Shown here in pieces: positions 49,029 to 59,301 of a DNA stretch of 64,000 bases. The DNA is from an uncultured Candidatus Saccharibacteria bacterium. GTDB taxonomy: Bacteria > Patescibacteriota > Minisyncoccia > Phycocordibacterales > GWA1-40-21. The DNA lies in the NCBI GenBank assembly GCA_964613715.1, contig CAZTJK010000001.1, positions 9,990-73,989 on the forward strand, written 5' to 3'. Positions within the stretch are counted from its first letter, which is position 1. Every line of letters begins with the position of its first letter. The notes beneath the pieces are model-generated. The model was not told where the DNA came from, searched no databases, and saw nothing but the letters and a program-made list of their open reading frames with translations. The position numbers were made by a program, and so were the translations under genes.

Positions 49029-50108
49029 CTAGAATTTAATGAGTGCGAGAATAATGCCGAAAATCGCGCACACAAGGCTCACGATCCAATAGCGCATGGT
49101 TACCTTGTATGCCGGCCAGCCAATCGCCTCGAAATGGTGGTGGATCGGAGCGATGAGGAATATTTTTTTCTTCCGGAATTTTTTCGATACTGATTGCACA
49201 ATAACCGATGCGGTGGTGACGAGAAGCGGCAACGCGATAATCGGCAAGACGGTAATCCCCCGCCCTTTGCCAAGCGCATCAGTCATGAATGCGACGACGG
49301 AAATAGTAAGCGTGATGGCCATACTGCCGGTTTCCGACATATAAAAGCGAGCCGGCGGAATATTGAACCAGAGAAACGCAAGGAGAGAGCCGATGACCAC
49401 CGTACAGAATGCAGCAAGATTTATTTGGTTCTGGAAAAATGCGATGACGGCATATGCGCCGAAAATCGCGGAGAAAACGCCGGCAGACAAGCCATCAATG
49501 CCGTCGATGATACCGCCGGAATAAATAAGCAAGGTTACCAATATGAAAATCGGTATGAACCACATGCCTGCATCAAGCGTCCCAAGAAACGGAATGCTTA
49601 CCGTATGGACCTCAAGCTTGAAATAAAACCAAAGTGCGATCGCACAGGATATGAATGCCACGAGCAAAAGCCTTTTCTTGAGCGATAAGCCTCCCGCATG
49701 ATGATCCCCTGCTCCACGAATCTCCAAGAGATCATCTGCCAGGCCCACGCATGCGCCAAATAAGAGAACAAAGAGTGGAATCCATGTTTGCCCACGAGAG
49801 AGGAAATCAAGCTTGGTGAATGACCCGCCGGCTATATGTCCGAGTATCCAAAATAAGAGTATCGTGACAGACGCAGAAACCCAGATAACAATACCGCCAA
49901 GCCGCGGCGTCGATACTTCCCGCTCGGCATGCAGGCTGTTGAATATCGGGGTCGCAGAACCATCGAGCGCTGCCGATTTCACCTTCTTTTTCCACATTTT
50001 ATGGCGATACAGATAGCCGGCAAGCACGGGGGTGAATGCCATTCCGACGAGAAATGCGATGATCGACGGCAGTATGACCTTGATGAGATTAATATCCATT
50101 CCAAGCAT
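49029..50108 (-). CDS. mraY: Phospho-N-acetylmuramoyl-pentapeptide transferase
   Basis: Polytopic membrane protein with DDxxD-type motifs (GLADDLLEI) and a HHH motif. Confidence 0.9.
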   Translation of the reverse strand: MLGMDINLIKVILPSIIAFLVGMAFTPVLAGYLYRHKMWKKKVKSAALDGSATPIFNSLHAEREVSTPRLGGIVIWVSASVTILLFWILGHIAGGSFTKLDFLSRGQTWIPLFVLLFGACVGLADDLLEIRGAGDHHAGGLSLKKRLLLVAFISCAIALWFYFKLEVHTVSIPFLGTLDAGMWFIPIFILVTLLIYSGGIIDGIDGLSAGVFSAIFGAYAVIAFFQNQINLAAFCTVVIGSLLAFLWFNIPPARFYMSETGSMAITLTISVVAFMTDALGKGRGITVLPIIALPLLVTTASVIVQSVSKKFRKKKIFLIAPIHHHFEAIGWPAYKVTMRYWIVSLVCAIFGIILALIKF

Positions 50109-50132
50109 TATAGGGCTTTTCAGGGCAAAAAA

Positions 50133-51041
50133 CTAGCGCAGCGGGGTCGTGGTCGAGAGCTTCTTGAGTGATTCAGTGATCAGCAGGTCGACGTCTGAAA
50201 AACGTCCGTTTTCAGTCGATCCGAGCACGGCAATGACGACCGGATGTGCAAAGCCTGCATCATAGGCGATGACGAGATTGCCGCCGGCAAGGTCCGTAAA
50301 ACCGGTTTTCGATGCGATCAGGTTTGGAATCCTGGCGATCAGCTTATCGGTATTGACCGCAATATGCTTGATGCCGCTTTCCGAGATGAATAGTGCTGCA
50401 GGTTCCGCCGTCCGCAGGACGATATCAGGATGGGCGATAAGAATATGCGCAAGCAGAAGGGCCGCATCATGTGCGGAGCTGTATGCACCGCTTACAAAAG
50501 TATCTATATCAAGCCCTGTTTCATTCACGAAAAACGTATCAGTGAGGCCGAGCTGTTTCGCCTCCGCATTCATGAGCGCGATCGTGCTTGTGGCATAGAC
50601 AGCGTTCAGTGTGCGAGCGATCGCATGCATGCCGTCATTCGACGAACTGATAAGACTGAAATTCAAGAGATCAGGCAGCTTCCATGTTTCCCCAAGAAGC
50701 AGCTTGCTGTCCCCTTCTTGTGCTAGATCTTCCCGAGTAATAGAAATGATTGTGGTGCTGGCTAACCGGTCGGATGCGACAAGCGCAGTCATAAGCTTGG
50801 TCACGGAAGCAAGCGGCAGCTGCCGATCTGCGGATCTAGCAAAAAGTGCCTGGTGGTCGGCGATATCGTATACATATAAAGACTTCGCTTGAATATGCTC
50901 GAGTATAGTCGGGTTCACACCGGTATCAAGCGCAGGAATCCGAGCAGGCTCTTCATTGATGCGCAGCAAGAAAAAAACGCATGCGCCGATCAATACATAG
51001 AACGCGATGCGTATATGCGAACGCTTCAGGACTATCGTCAT
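50133..51041 (-). CDS. D-alanyl-D-alanine carboxypeptidase (peptidase S11, low-MW PBP)
   Basis: SxxK as SVTKL, SxN as SSSND, KTG as SKTGFT. N-terminal membrane anchor. Confidence 0.85.
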   Translation of the reverse strand: MTIVLKRSHIRIAFYVLIGACVFFLLRINEEPARIPALDTGVNPTILEHIQAKSLYVYDIADHQALFARSADRQLPLASVTKLMTALVASDRLASTTIISITREDLAQEGDSKLLLGETWKLPDLLNFSLISSSNDGMHAIARTLNAVYATSTIALMNAEAKQLGLTDTFFVNETGLDIDTFVSGAYSSAHDAALLLAHILIAHPDIVLRTAEPAALFISESGIKHIAVNTDKLIARIPNLIASKTGFTDLAGGNLVIAYDAGFAHPVVIAVLGSTENGRFSDVDLLITESLKKLSTTTPLR

Positions 51042-51045
51042 GGAT

Positions 51046-51687
51046 TTACGCAGCAGCCGTTTCAGCCTCTTCGGTCGGCTGAGCCTCAGCGACTCTCGCT
51101 ACGGCAGTCTTGTAGGATTCGATTTCCGCACGCGCTTCAGCAAATTGCGGCATCTCTTCGATCTTCGTCACGCCCATATACGAAAGCAGCTTGAAGGTCG
51201 GCTTGTAGAGGAAGCTGCGCTGATCTTTCGGATTCGGTACTTTCTCGATCAGGCCGCGGATGGCGAGATTACGTAAAATGAAATTGGACTGCACGCCACG
51301 GATATAGTCGATCTCCGCACGCGAGATCGGGCCCTGGTAAATGATGATGGAAAGCGTCTCAAGGCCTGCCTTACCGAGATCGCGCACGAGCTCTTCTTTC
51401 GTCAGCTTCTCGATAAGCTCGGATGTTTCTTTCGATGTGCTCAAAGCCACCTCGTCGTCTTTCGTGATGAGCGCGACGCCTCGGCCTGCGAGGCTTGCTT
51501 CGAGCGTGGAAAGCGCTGCGGAAATCTCCTCTTCGCTTGTGCCGAACATCTGCGCGAGCTTCTTTTTCGCCACCGGCTCACCTTTCCAGAAAAGGACCGC
51601 TTCTATCTGTTGTTCAAGATTTTTCTGCATATGATTATGAATAGCTCGGCACGCCCACGGATTTCGTTTCCATGTGTATGTCAGCAA
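51046..51687 (-). CDS. scpB: Segregation and condensation protein B
   Basis: EQQIEAVLFWKGEPVAKKKLAQMFG and tandem winged-helix domains. Confidence 0.85.
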   Translation of the reverse strand: MLTYTWKRNPWACRAIHNHMQKNLEQQIEAVLFWKGEPVAKKKLAQMFGTSEEEISAALSTLEASLAGRGVALITKDDEVALSTSKETSELIEKLTKEELVRDLGKAGLETLSIIIYQGPISRAEIDYIRGVQSNFILRNLAIRGLIEKVPNPKDQRSFLYKPTFKLLSYMGVTKIEEMPQFAEARAEIESYKTAVARVAEAQPTEEAETAAA

Positions 51688-52381
51688 ATTTCTCTTCCTG
51701 ATTGACCTCTATTATACCCTGCTTTACGAGCTCGAGCATGGCCAAAAATGAGACAATGATATTCACCTTTTCAGCCTTGCCCATGCCGGCGAAATCCTTG
51801 AAGCTCATCTTCATCGAGCTTTTGACCCGCTCCGTGAGGTGAGTAATCATCTCTTCGAGCGAAATCGTTTTTGCAACCTTTACCTTCGGCTTCAGATCAA
51901 GCTTCGGCAAGTTTTGAATGACCGTAAAGATGGCGCTCGCGATGTTTTCCTTCGTCATCGAGGCGTCCGGCGAGAATACCGGCTCGGCTTTGCGGGCATT
52001 CGGGAAAAAGAGGATGCGCGCGCCGAAAGCACTTTTCACGCCAAGGGATAGCTCTTTGATCTTCTTATAGATCTTCAGCTTGAGCTCAAGATCATAGATA
52101 TCGCTCTTCTCTTCCTCAGAAAGATCGAGTGTCGGCAAGAGGGACTTGGACTTGATAAGCAAGAGTGTCGCCGCGATGACGAGGAATTCCGAAGTATCCT
52201 TGATCGAATATGCTTCCCTATTTTGAATATGGGAAATAAAATCATCCGTCACCTTCGCAAGCGAGATATCATTGATCAGAAGCTTGCGCTTCTCGATAAG
52301 CGAGAGTAGCAAGTCGAGCGGCCCTTGGAATACTTCAGTTTTGATTTGAAATTGATTATCGGTCATTGCGGAGTTTGCCAT
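51635..52381 (-). CDS. scpA: Segregation and condensation protein A
   Basis: FQGPLDLLLSLIEKRKLLINDISLAKVTDDF. Confidence 0.85.
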   Translation of the reverse strand: MANSAMTDNQFQIKTEVFQGPLDLLLSLIEKRKLLINDISLAKVTDDFISHIQNREAYSIKDTSEFLVIAATLLLIKSKSLLPTLDLSEEEKSDIYDLELKLKIYKKIKELSLGVKSAFGARILFFPNARKAEPVFSPDASMTKENIASAIFTVIQNLPKLDLKPKVKVAKTISLEEMITHLTERVKSSMKMSFKDFAGMGKAEKVNIIVSFLAMLELVKQGIIEVNQEEKFADIHMETKSVGVPSYS

Positions 52382-52892
52382 AATAATACTCGTCGATCAT
52401 TTTACCATCTTTAAAGTAAGCTTTACGGAAAAGACCTTCCTGTGTAAAGCCATTCTTTTCTAATATCCGCTTTGAAGCTGTATTCCGAAGAAATACATGG
52501 GCAATCAGTTTTTCAGCCTTATGGACCTTAAATAAATAACGTGTAAAAAGCTTCACTGCTTCTGTCGTAATTCCTTTATTCCAAAATCTTTCACCGAGAA
52601 AATAACCGAATGTTACTTGGCGATGATCCCCTATTCTTGCTCCCATATTCCCGACAGCGAGACCATTGACATCGATAACAAATTTGATAGGAAATTTTTC
52701 TTTTTTATTTTCACGCAAACGTTCAGTAACAAATCTTTTTCCATCTTTCAATGTATACGGATAATGCCAATGATTTCCAAGATTCTTTATAACCTTTTTG
52801 TTATTTACATTTTTAGTCAAGGAAACTTCATCCCCTTTCCGGTATGGGCGTAAAATAAATCCTGTTCCTTTGAGGATGATCTCCTTTTTCAT
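52356..52892 (-). CDS. GNAT-family N-acetyltransferase (RimJ/RimL-like)
   Basis: Acetyl-CoA-binding motif RFWNKGITTEAVKL. Confidence 0.75.
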   Translation of the reverse strand: MKKEIILKGTGFILRPYRKGDEVSLTKNVNNKKVIKNLGNHWHYPYTLKDGKRFVTERLRENKKEKFPIKFVIDVNGLAVGNMGARIGDHRQVTFGYFLGERFWNKGITTEAVKLFTRYLFKVHKAEKLIAHVFLRNTASKRILEKNGFTQEGLFRKAYFKDGKMIDEYYYGKLRNDR

Positions 52893-53278
52893 TGCTCGAT
52901 AAGCATTTTCGCTATCCTTTCCAGTTCCCCATCGAGAGCCGGCCGGGCATCGAGTGGATTGAGCTCCGCGCCATGGTTGATCGGCACGAGATGCACATGC
53001 ACATGCGCGACGCCGAACCCTTCGACCGCCATTCCCACGCGCTTCGGTGCAAGCTTCGCCTTGAGCTTCTTCGCGATCGCTTTCGATTTCAAAAGGAGCG
53101 TCTCGTATTCGCCATCAGACAGGTCGAAAATATAATCCGTATGCTTCTTCGGGATGACGAGCGTGTGGCCCGGCTTTATCGGCTGATTGTCGAGGAAGGC
53201 GAAATGCGTCTCGTTCTCCCAGATCTTTGCGCTCGGCACTTGCCCGCTCGATATCTTGCAAAAGATGCAGTCCGGCAT
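52889..53278 (-). CDS. HIT-family (histidine triad) protein
   Basis: CIFCKI...HVHVHLVP is the HxHxHxx triad. Confidence 0.85.
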   Translation of the reverse strand: MPDCIFCKISSGQVPSAKIWENETHFAFLDNQPIKPGHTLVIPKKHTDYIFDLSDGEYETLLLKSKAIAKKLKAKLAPKRVGMAVEGFGVAHVHVHLVPINHGAELNPLDARPALDGELERIAKMLIEQ

Positions 53279-53279
53279 G

Positions 53280-54677
53280 TTATTTCTTCTTTTTGATTTC
53301 GATCTGCAGATCGCGCAGCTGCTCGGCAGATACCGGGCCCGGCGCGCCGATCATCAGATCCTTGCCCTCGCCCGTCTTGGCGAAGGCGATCACCTCGCGG
53401 ATATTCGGCTCATTCTCGAGGATCATGATGAGCCTGTCGAGGCCCCAAGCGATGCCGCCGTGCGGCGGGGTGCCCGTCGCGAGCGCTTTGAGCATATGGC
53501 CGTACTGCGCCTCGATTTTCTCTTCCGAGAAGCCCATAATCTCGAGCGTCTTGCGAAGCGCCTCCGGCCGGTGATTGCGAACGCTGCCGCCGCCGATCTC
53601 GTTGCCGTTGAGCGTCAGGTCGTACTGCGCAGCCATGATGCCCTCGATATTCTTCTTGGCCATGAGGTCATCGAATGATTCGGGCTTCGTGCCAGAAAAT
53701 GGATTATGCGTGAAGGTCCACTTGCCATCGTCTCCTTTCTCGAACATCGGAAAATCGACGACCCAGGCGAATGCGAGCAGATTCTCATCATCCTTGTCTG
53801 TGCGGATATCCGGCTTGTCAGAGCCATACTTCGCCATCGCTTCGGCATACGGGATGCGCGGGAACGGAATGGCTTGGATCTTCTTATGCGGATAGAGCTT
53901 CGTCACGAGCTCGATCATGGCTTTCTCGTTGACCTGCATCACGTCGTCCTCCGTCGCGAAGCTCATTTCGAGATCCATCTGCGTGAACTCCGGCTGGCGG
54001 TCGCCACGGCTGTCCTCGTCGCGGAAGCAGCGAGCAAACTGGAAATATTTCTCGAAACCCGCGGCCATGAGAAGCTGCTTGTACTGCTGCGGAGACTGCG
54101 GCAAGGCATAAAAATTGCCCGGCTCGAGGCGCGACGGCACGATGAAGTCGCGCGATCCTTCCGCGGTCGCGTTCGTCAGATTTGGCGTCTCAATCTCGGT
54201 AAAGCCCTCCTCAGCAAGCAGTCTGCGCACAAGCGTCATCACCTTGCCGCGATTCCTGATATTCTTCTGCAGGCGCGGACGGCGCAAATCGAGATAGCGA
54301 TGTGTCAGGCGCGCATCCTCGCCGATATCCTTGCCATCGCCGCGCACGTCGATAGCTGGCGTCACCGCTTCATTGAGCACCGTTACACCAAGCATCTCGA
54401 TTTCTACCGCGCCATTCGCCTCATCCTTGTTTACCATCCTTTCCGGGCGAGCATTCACTTTACCGGTCACTTCGATCACCCATTCCGGGCGAACAGTGTT
54501 CGCAAGCGCATGGGCCTCTTTGTGATTCGGCAATGCGACCATCTGTACCTTGCCCGACATGTCGCGCAGGTCGATGAAAATGAGCTTGCCATGGTCGCGG
54601 CGCACGTCCACCCAGCCGGCAATTTTCACCTCCTGTCCTACTTTGCTATTGAGTTCCCCGATATATGTTCTTTGCAT
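53280..54677 (-). CDS. aspS: Aspartyl-tRNA synthetase lacking the GAD insertion domain
   Basis: N-terminal OB-fold KIAGWVDVRRDHGKLIFIDLRD, then class II motifs 1-3 (FRDEDSRGDRQPEFTQMDLE; GGGSVRNH). Only about 45 aa separate motifs 2 and 3, where bacterial enzymes carry about 130 aa. Confidence 0.9.
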   Translation of the reverse strand: MQRTYIGELNSKVGQEVKIAGWVDVRRDHGKLIFIDLRDMSGKVQMVALPNHKEAHALANTVRPEWVIEVTGKVNARPERMVNKDEANGAVEIEMLGVTVLNEAVTPAIDVRGDGKDIGEDARLTHRYLDLRRPRLQKNIRNRGKVMTLVRRLLAEEGFTEIETPNLTNATAEGSRDFIVPSRLEPGNFYALPQSPQQYKQLLMAAGFEKYFQFARCFRDEDSRGDRQPEFTQMDLEMSFATEDDVMQVNEKAMIELVTKLYPHKKIQAIPFPRIPYAEAMAKYGSDKPDIRTDKDDENLLAFAWVVDFPMFEKGDDGKWTFTHNPFSGTKPESFDDLMAKKNIEGIMAAQYDLTLNGNEIGGGSVRNHRPEALRKTLEIMGFSEEKIEAQYGHMLKALATGTPPHGGIAWGLDRLIMILENEPNIREVIAFAKTGEGKDLMIGAPGPVSAEQLRDLQIEIKKKK

Positions 54678-54683
54678 AAAAAA

Positions 54684-55670
54684 TTAATATATTTCCAGTC
54701 CTACTTTCTCCCGCACTTCTTTCATCTTCTTCTCCGCATGGGCGGCGGCGCGCTTGCCGCCTTCTTTGAGGATATCGAAGACATGCTCCATATCCTTGGC
54801 GAGCATTTCGCGCTTTTCGCGGAGTGGGCTGATGAATGCGGTCAAGTCTTTGATAAGCAGCTCTTTGGCTTCCTTGTAGCCCATGCCGCCTTTCTCATAT
54901 TTCTGGCGGAGTGACTTTGCCGCTGATTCAGCGAGAAACAGCTTGTGAATAGAGAAAAGCACTGACTCGTCAGGATTTTTCGGCTCATCGACACCTTTTG
55001 AATCCGTCGGAATACTCATCACGGCCTTCTTTATCTCGGCATCGGTCGCAAAAAGAGGAATGACATTGTTATAGCTTTTCGACATTTTCTTGCCATCCGT
55101 GCCCGGCACCGTCTCGACATGCGAGAGGATAAGCGGTTCCGGCATTTTGAATGTCTCGCCATATTTATTATTGAATTTCTGTGCAGTATCGCGGGCGTAT
55201 TCGACATGCTGCTTCTGATCCTGCCCTACTGGCACGATGTCAGCATCTTGAATAAGAATATCCGCCGCCATGAGCATCGGATAATTGAAGAGTCCTACAT
55301 TCGGCTCTTGGTGCTTGGCAATCGCGTCTTTGTAGGCATGCGCGCGCTCAAGATACGGCACTGTCGTAAGACAGTCAAACATCCAGGTAAGTTCGGCCAC
55401 TTGCGGCACGTCGGACTGCTTGAAGAGCGTCACTTTCTTCGGGTCAAGGCCGACGGCAAGATAATCGAGTGCGATATCGATGATATTCTGCTTGAGCTCC
55501 GCGCCGTTCTGCACCGTTGTCATCGCATGATAGTCGGCGATGAATATATAGCAGTCATACTTATCTTGCAGGTCGACGAATTGCTTCATCGCGCCGAAAT
55601 AGTTGCCGATATGGAGGCGTCCGGTCGGCTTCACGCCGGAAAGGAGTATCTTCTTCGATTCTTTTGTCAT
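54684..55670 (-). CDS. trpS: Tryptophanyl-tRNA synthetase
   Basis: SGVKPTGRLHIGNY is the HIGH region, and KMSKS is present. Confidence 0.9.
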   Translation of the reverse strand: MTKESKKILLSGVKPTGRLHIGNYFGAMKQFVDLQDKYDCYIFIADYHAMTTVQNGAELKQNIIDIALDYLAVGLDPKKVTLFKQSDVPQVAELTWMFDCLTTVPYLERAHAYKDAIAKHQEPNVGLFNYPMLMAADILIQDADIVPVGQDQKQHVEYARDTAQKFNNKYGETFKMPEPLILSHVETVPGTDGKKMSKSYNNVIPLFATDAEIKKAVMSIPTDSKGVDEPKNPDESVLFSIHKLFLAESAAKSLRQKYEKGGMGYKEAKELLIKDLTAFISPLREKREMLAKDMEHVFDILKEGGKRAAAHAEKKMKEVREKVGLEIY

Positions 55671-55803
55671 GAACTGATGATAGCAAAATAAGCCTGTTTT
55701 TCAAAGCAATACAGCATATTTATTGACAAAAATATATTTCGTGTTACCTTATGAAATGGCAGTAGAGGGATAATTTATCTCTCATGTAAATTAAGGAGGT
55801 TCT

Positions 55804-56091
55804 ATGATAGGACAATTCACTGCATACGTACAAAGAAATAAATTGGGGACTCTGGCCTTAACGCTCTGCTTGAGCTATATGTTCCTGGGACTGCCGGCAC
55901 AGATCATACAAATCTGGCAGACCCATGATGTGAAAAGTATCTCGGGCATTATGTTTTCCCTGCTCACTGCCCAATCGATCGGATGGGTCGCGTACGGAAT
56001 ACAGAAGAAAGATTGGTTCGTAACCATTCCCAATATTTTTGGGACATTGTTCATTGGAACCATCGTGGTGGAATGGCTGATGTTCCGGTAA
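55804..56091 (+). CDS. Putative SemiSWEET/PQ-loop-like 3-TM membrane protein
   Basis: 95 aa with three TM helices and a P(A)Q motif in TM1 (GLPAQIIQIWQT). Strong Shine-Dalgarno AAGGAGG. Confidence 0.4.
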   Translation: MIGQFTAYVQRNKLGTLALTLCLSYMFLGLPAQIIQIWQTHDVKSISGIMFSLLTAQSIGWVAYGIQKKDWFVTIPNIFGTLFIGTIVVEWLMFR

Positions 56092-56102
56092 TATGCGCAT
56101 GC

Positions 56103-56131
56103 AAAAACGCGACTCAATGAGTCGCGTTTTT
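56103..56131. terminator. Bidirectional intrinsic terminator: aaaaacgcgactc-aatg-agtcgcgttttt
   Basis: The dnaJ stop codon (TAA, minus strand) is embedded in the T-run. Confidence 0.75.
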
Positions 56132-56999
56132 ATATTCCCTCCCTCTTCAATTCTTCGAATGCTTTTCTGGCTTGCTTCGAAAGCTTTGCCGGCATTCTGA
56201 TGCCGATCTGTACGAGCAAGTCTCCCCGTTTTCCATTGCCATACGGGATACCTTTACCTTTCACGCGCAAAGTCTCGCCGAAGCCCGTGCCTTCTGGCAC
56301 TACGAGCTCGATGTCGCCATCAAGCGTCTTCACATGATAGCTCGCGCCAAGGAGCGCATCAGTAAGCCGTACGGAAAGCTCGGTCACGAGATCCTTGCCA
56401 TCTTTCCGAAAGAGCGGATCAGGTCTGACATGCAAGCGGATATGCAGGTCGCCGCTCGCGCTGCCAGGAAGCTCTTCGCCGGCATTCGGCAAGCGGAGCG
56501 TCTGTCCATCGTCGACATCCACGGGAATCGTCACGGTAAAACGCTGTTCTTTCATCTTGCCGCCGACATTCTTGCTGAAGCGTATCTCTTTCTGCGCGCC
56601 GAATACCGATTCAGAAAAAGAGAGCTCGAGATCAATGGCAATATTGCGCCCGCGGCGCATGCGGCCACCGAAGATATCGCCAAATATGTCGCCGAGATCG
56701 AAATCGAAATTCTGCCCGCCGCCAAAGCCGGAGAAATCGAATCCGAAATCCTGCGCATTGAAGCCGCCCTGCGAGCCACCGGAAAAGCCAGAGCCTGCCG
56801 AGCCGAACTGGTCGTATTGGGCGCGCTTCTTTTCATCCGAGAGCACGCTGTACGCCTCGCTCACCTCCTTGAACTTGTCAGCATTGCCACCTTTGTCCGG
56901 GTGATGCTCATGCGCAAGCTTTCTGAACGACTTTTTGATATCGTCCGCGGATGCATTTTTCTCGACGCCGAGAATCTTGTAATAATCCTTGCCTGCCAT
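56130..56999 (-). CDS. dnaJ: DnaJ-class co-chaperone lacking the zinc-finger domain (type II, CbpA-like)
   Basis: J-domain DYYKILGV...HPDK, a G/F-rich linker and C-terminal domains. No CxxCxGxG repeats. Confidence 0.85.
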   Translation of the reverse strand: MAGKDYYKILGVEKNASADDIKKSFRKLAHEHHPDKGGNADKFKEVSEAYSVLSDEKKRAQYDQFGSAGSGFSGGSQGGFNAQDFGFDFSGFGGGQNFDFDLGDIFGDIFGGRMRRGRNIAIDLELSFSESVFGAQKEIRFSKNVGGKMKEQRFTVTIPVDVDDGQTLRLPNAGEELPGSASGDLHIRLHVRPDPLFRKDGKDLVTELSVRLTDALLGASYHVKTLDGDIELVVPEGTGFGETLRVKGKGIPYGNGKRGDLLVQIGIRMPAKLSKQARKAFEELKREGI

Positions 57000-57017
57000 G
57001 TGAAGAGTCAGGAGCGA

Positions 57018-58895
57018 TTATTTGCCGGTTTCCTTATACTCTGCGTCCTTTACATTGCCTTTGTCATCGCCTGGCTGCGGACCTTGCTGCGGTGCAGCCT
57101 TTGCCATTGCCTCGCCGATTTTCTGCATTTCGGCAGAGAGCGCTTCCGTCGCTGTCTTGATTGCGGCTACATCGCTCGCAGCATTTGCTGTCTTCGCTGC
57201 GGCAATCTTGTCTTCAACTCCCTTGGCAATATCAGCCGATACCTTGTCTTTGTTTTCTTTAAGAGCTTTTTCCGCGCTGTAGATGAGCTGCTCCGCGATA
57301 TTCTTCGCTTCGATCTCTTCGCGCTTCTTCTTGTCTTCTTCCGCATTCATTTCAGCATCTTTTTTCATCTTCTCGATATCTTCTTTCTTAAGGCCAGACG
57401 ATGCTTCAATGCGAATAGACTGTTCTTTACCGCTTGTCTTATCCTTCGCTTTGACGTTCAGGATGCCATTTGCATCGATGTCAAAAGTGACTTCGACTTG
57501 CGGAAGCCCTCGCGGCGCTGGCGGTATGCCATCGAGAATGAATTTGCCCAAGCTTTTGTTGTCTTTTGCCATTGGCCGCTCACCCTGCACGATATGGATT
57601 TCTACCGAGGTCTGATTATCTGCAGCGGTCGAGAATACCTGGCTGCGGGACGTCGGAATGGTCGTATTCTTTTCCACAAGATGCGTTGCGACGCCGCCCA
57701 TGGTTTCGATGCCCATCGAAAGCGGAATGACATCAAGCAAAAGCACATCCTTGACGTCTCCGCGCAAGATGCCACCCTGTACTGCCGCGCCGAGCGCTAC
57801 TACTTCGTCGGGATTTACCGAGAGATTCGGCTCTTTACCGAACAGATTCTTTACTGCTGCGATAATAGCCGGCATTCTCGTCTGTCCACCGACCATGATG
57901 ACTTCATTGATGTCAGCGATCTTGAATGGCGATGCGGCAATTGCGCGCTTTGCGATCTCGATCGAGCGGTCGATGAATTCCTTGACGAGATTCTCGAGCG
58001 TCGCGCGAGACAGCTTCATAAGCAAATGCTTCGGCCCTGAAGCGTCTGAAGTGACGAACGGGATATTGATTTCCGTCTCAAGCGCAGTCGAAAGCTCAAT
58101 CTTCGCCTTTTCCGCAGCTTCATCGAGTCGCTGGAGCGACAATGCATCCTTGCGCAGATCGATGCCGTTTTCCTTCATGAATCCGTCGGCCATCCAATCC
58201 ACGATTTTCTTGTCGATATCCCGGCCGCCAAGGTGGCTATCGCCATCCGTCGAGCGCACTTCCACGACTGCGTCCCCGATCTCGAGGATAGACACATCAA
58301 ACGTACCACCACCGAAGTCGTACACGGCAATTTTTTCATTCTTATTCTTGTTCAAGCCATAGGCAAGTGCTGCTGCCGTCGGCTCATTGATGATACGAAG
58401 GACATTGAGTCCCGCAATCTGCCCGGCATCTTTCGTGGCCTGGCGCTGCGAGTCGTTGAAGTATGCCGGCACGGTGATCACCGCATCGGTAATCTTCTCG
58501 CCGAGGCGCACTTCAGCGTCATTCTTCATCTTCTGCAATATCATCGCGGACACTTCTTCCGGGCGATAATTCTTGCCGCCCATGGCTACTTCTACGCCGC
58601 CATTTGCAGATTTGAGCACGTCGAACGAGACAGAACCTTTATCCTTCTGTACGCCCGGATCATCATACTGATGGCCCATGAAGCGCTTCACCTGGAAGAT
58701 CGTGTTCTTCGGATTCGTGACCGCTTGCCTGCGGGCAAGGAGGCCGACGAGACGCTCGCCGGTCTTCGTCGTGGCGACGATAGACGGCGTGGTGCGGGCG
58801 CCTTCTGCATTCTCAATAATTTTCGGCGCATTCCCTTCCATGACGGACATTGCCGAGAAGGTGGTACCGAGATCGATTCCTAATATCTTTGACAT
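57018..58895 (-). CDS. dnaK: Chaperone DnaK (Hsp70)
   Basis: [29 protein letters not shown] and other motifs. Confidence 0.95.
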   Translation of the reverse strand: MSKILGIDLGTTFSAMSVMEGNAPKIIENAEGARTTPSIVATTKTGERLVGLLARRQAVTNPKNTIFQVKRFMGHQYDDPGVQKDKGSVSFDVLKSANGGVEVAMGGKNYRPEEVSAMILQKMKNDAEVRLGEKITDAVITVPAYFNDSQRQATKDAGQIAGLNVLRIINEPTAAALAYGLNKNKNEKIAVYDFGGGTFDVSILEIGDAVVEVRSTDGDSHLGGRDIDKKIVDWMADGFMKENGIDLRKDALSLQRLDEAAEKAKIELSTALETEINIPFVTSDASGPKHLLMKLSRATLENLVKEFIDRSIEIAKRAIAASPFKIADINEVIMVGGQTRMPAIIAAVKNLFGKEPNLSVNPDEVVALGAAVQGGILRGDVKDVLLLDVIPLSMGIETMGGVATHLVEKNTTIPTSRSQVFSTAADNQTSVEIHIVQGERPMAKDNKSLGKFILDGIPPAPRGLPQVEVTFDIDANGILNVKAKDKTSGKEQSIRIEASSGLKKEDIEKMKKDAEMNAEEDKKKREEIEAKNIAEQLIYSAEKALKENKDKVSADIAKGVEDKIAAAKTANAASDVAAIKTATEALSAEMQKIGEAMAKAAPQQGPQPGDDKGNVKDAEYKETGK

Positions 58896-58962
58896 AATTT
58901 TTACAAATGAAAATTAAAGTACGTGATAATACCTGCGAATGCCAAAGAATATCTTTGGCGAT

Positions 58963-59271
58963 TTATGCAAATGACGGCGCGCGGGATGGTTGCGAAACAA
59001 TAAATGAGAAATCCTTCACGAGTGCGGACACATAGGAGAAGAATGGACTCGCGATCGGCGCGATATGCTCGGAGACAGAAAATACCGGCAGCGCGACAAT
59101 CGATTCTTGTGCTGGAACGCCTGATTCAATACGTTCACCATAGACCGCCTTAGCAACCATGCGGCCATTTACTTCGACAAGCTCGAATACGACAAGAGCA
59201 AGAGACCCGTCCGGCAATCGGACCGCCTTTTTGAAGAATGTATTCTGCTTTCGGAGGGTTAACATAGTCAT
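58963..59271 (-). CDS. Hypothetical protein encoded between grpE and dnaK
   Basis: 102-aa ORF lying 30 nt after the grpE stop. No recognisable similarity. Confidence 0.35.
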   Translation of the reverse strand: MTMLTLRKQNTFFKKAVRLPDGSLALVVFELVEVNGRMVAKAVYGERIESGVPAQESIVALPVFSVSEHIAPIASPFFSYVSALVKDFSFIVSQPSRAPSFA

Positions 59272-59301
59272 AATTATAATAGAAGCAAAAATGATTTCAA
59301 G

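Noticed and set aside
53706-54914. 402-aa plus-strand ORF antisense to aspS and the trpS 3' end
   Set aside because: A shadow ORF on the opposite strand of two aminoacyl-tRNA synthetase genes.
56172-58040. 622-aa plus-strand ORF antisense to dnaJ and dnaK
   Set aside because: It is entirely antisense to two highly conserved chaperone genes and has low-complexity, Arg/Leu/Phe-rich content. It is a shadow ORF.
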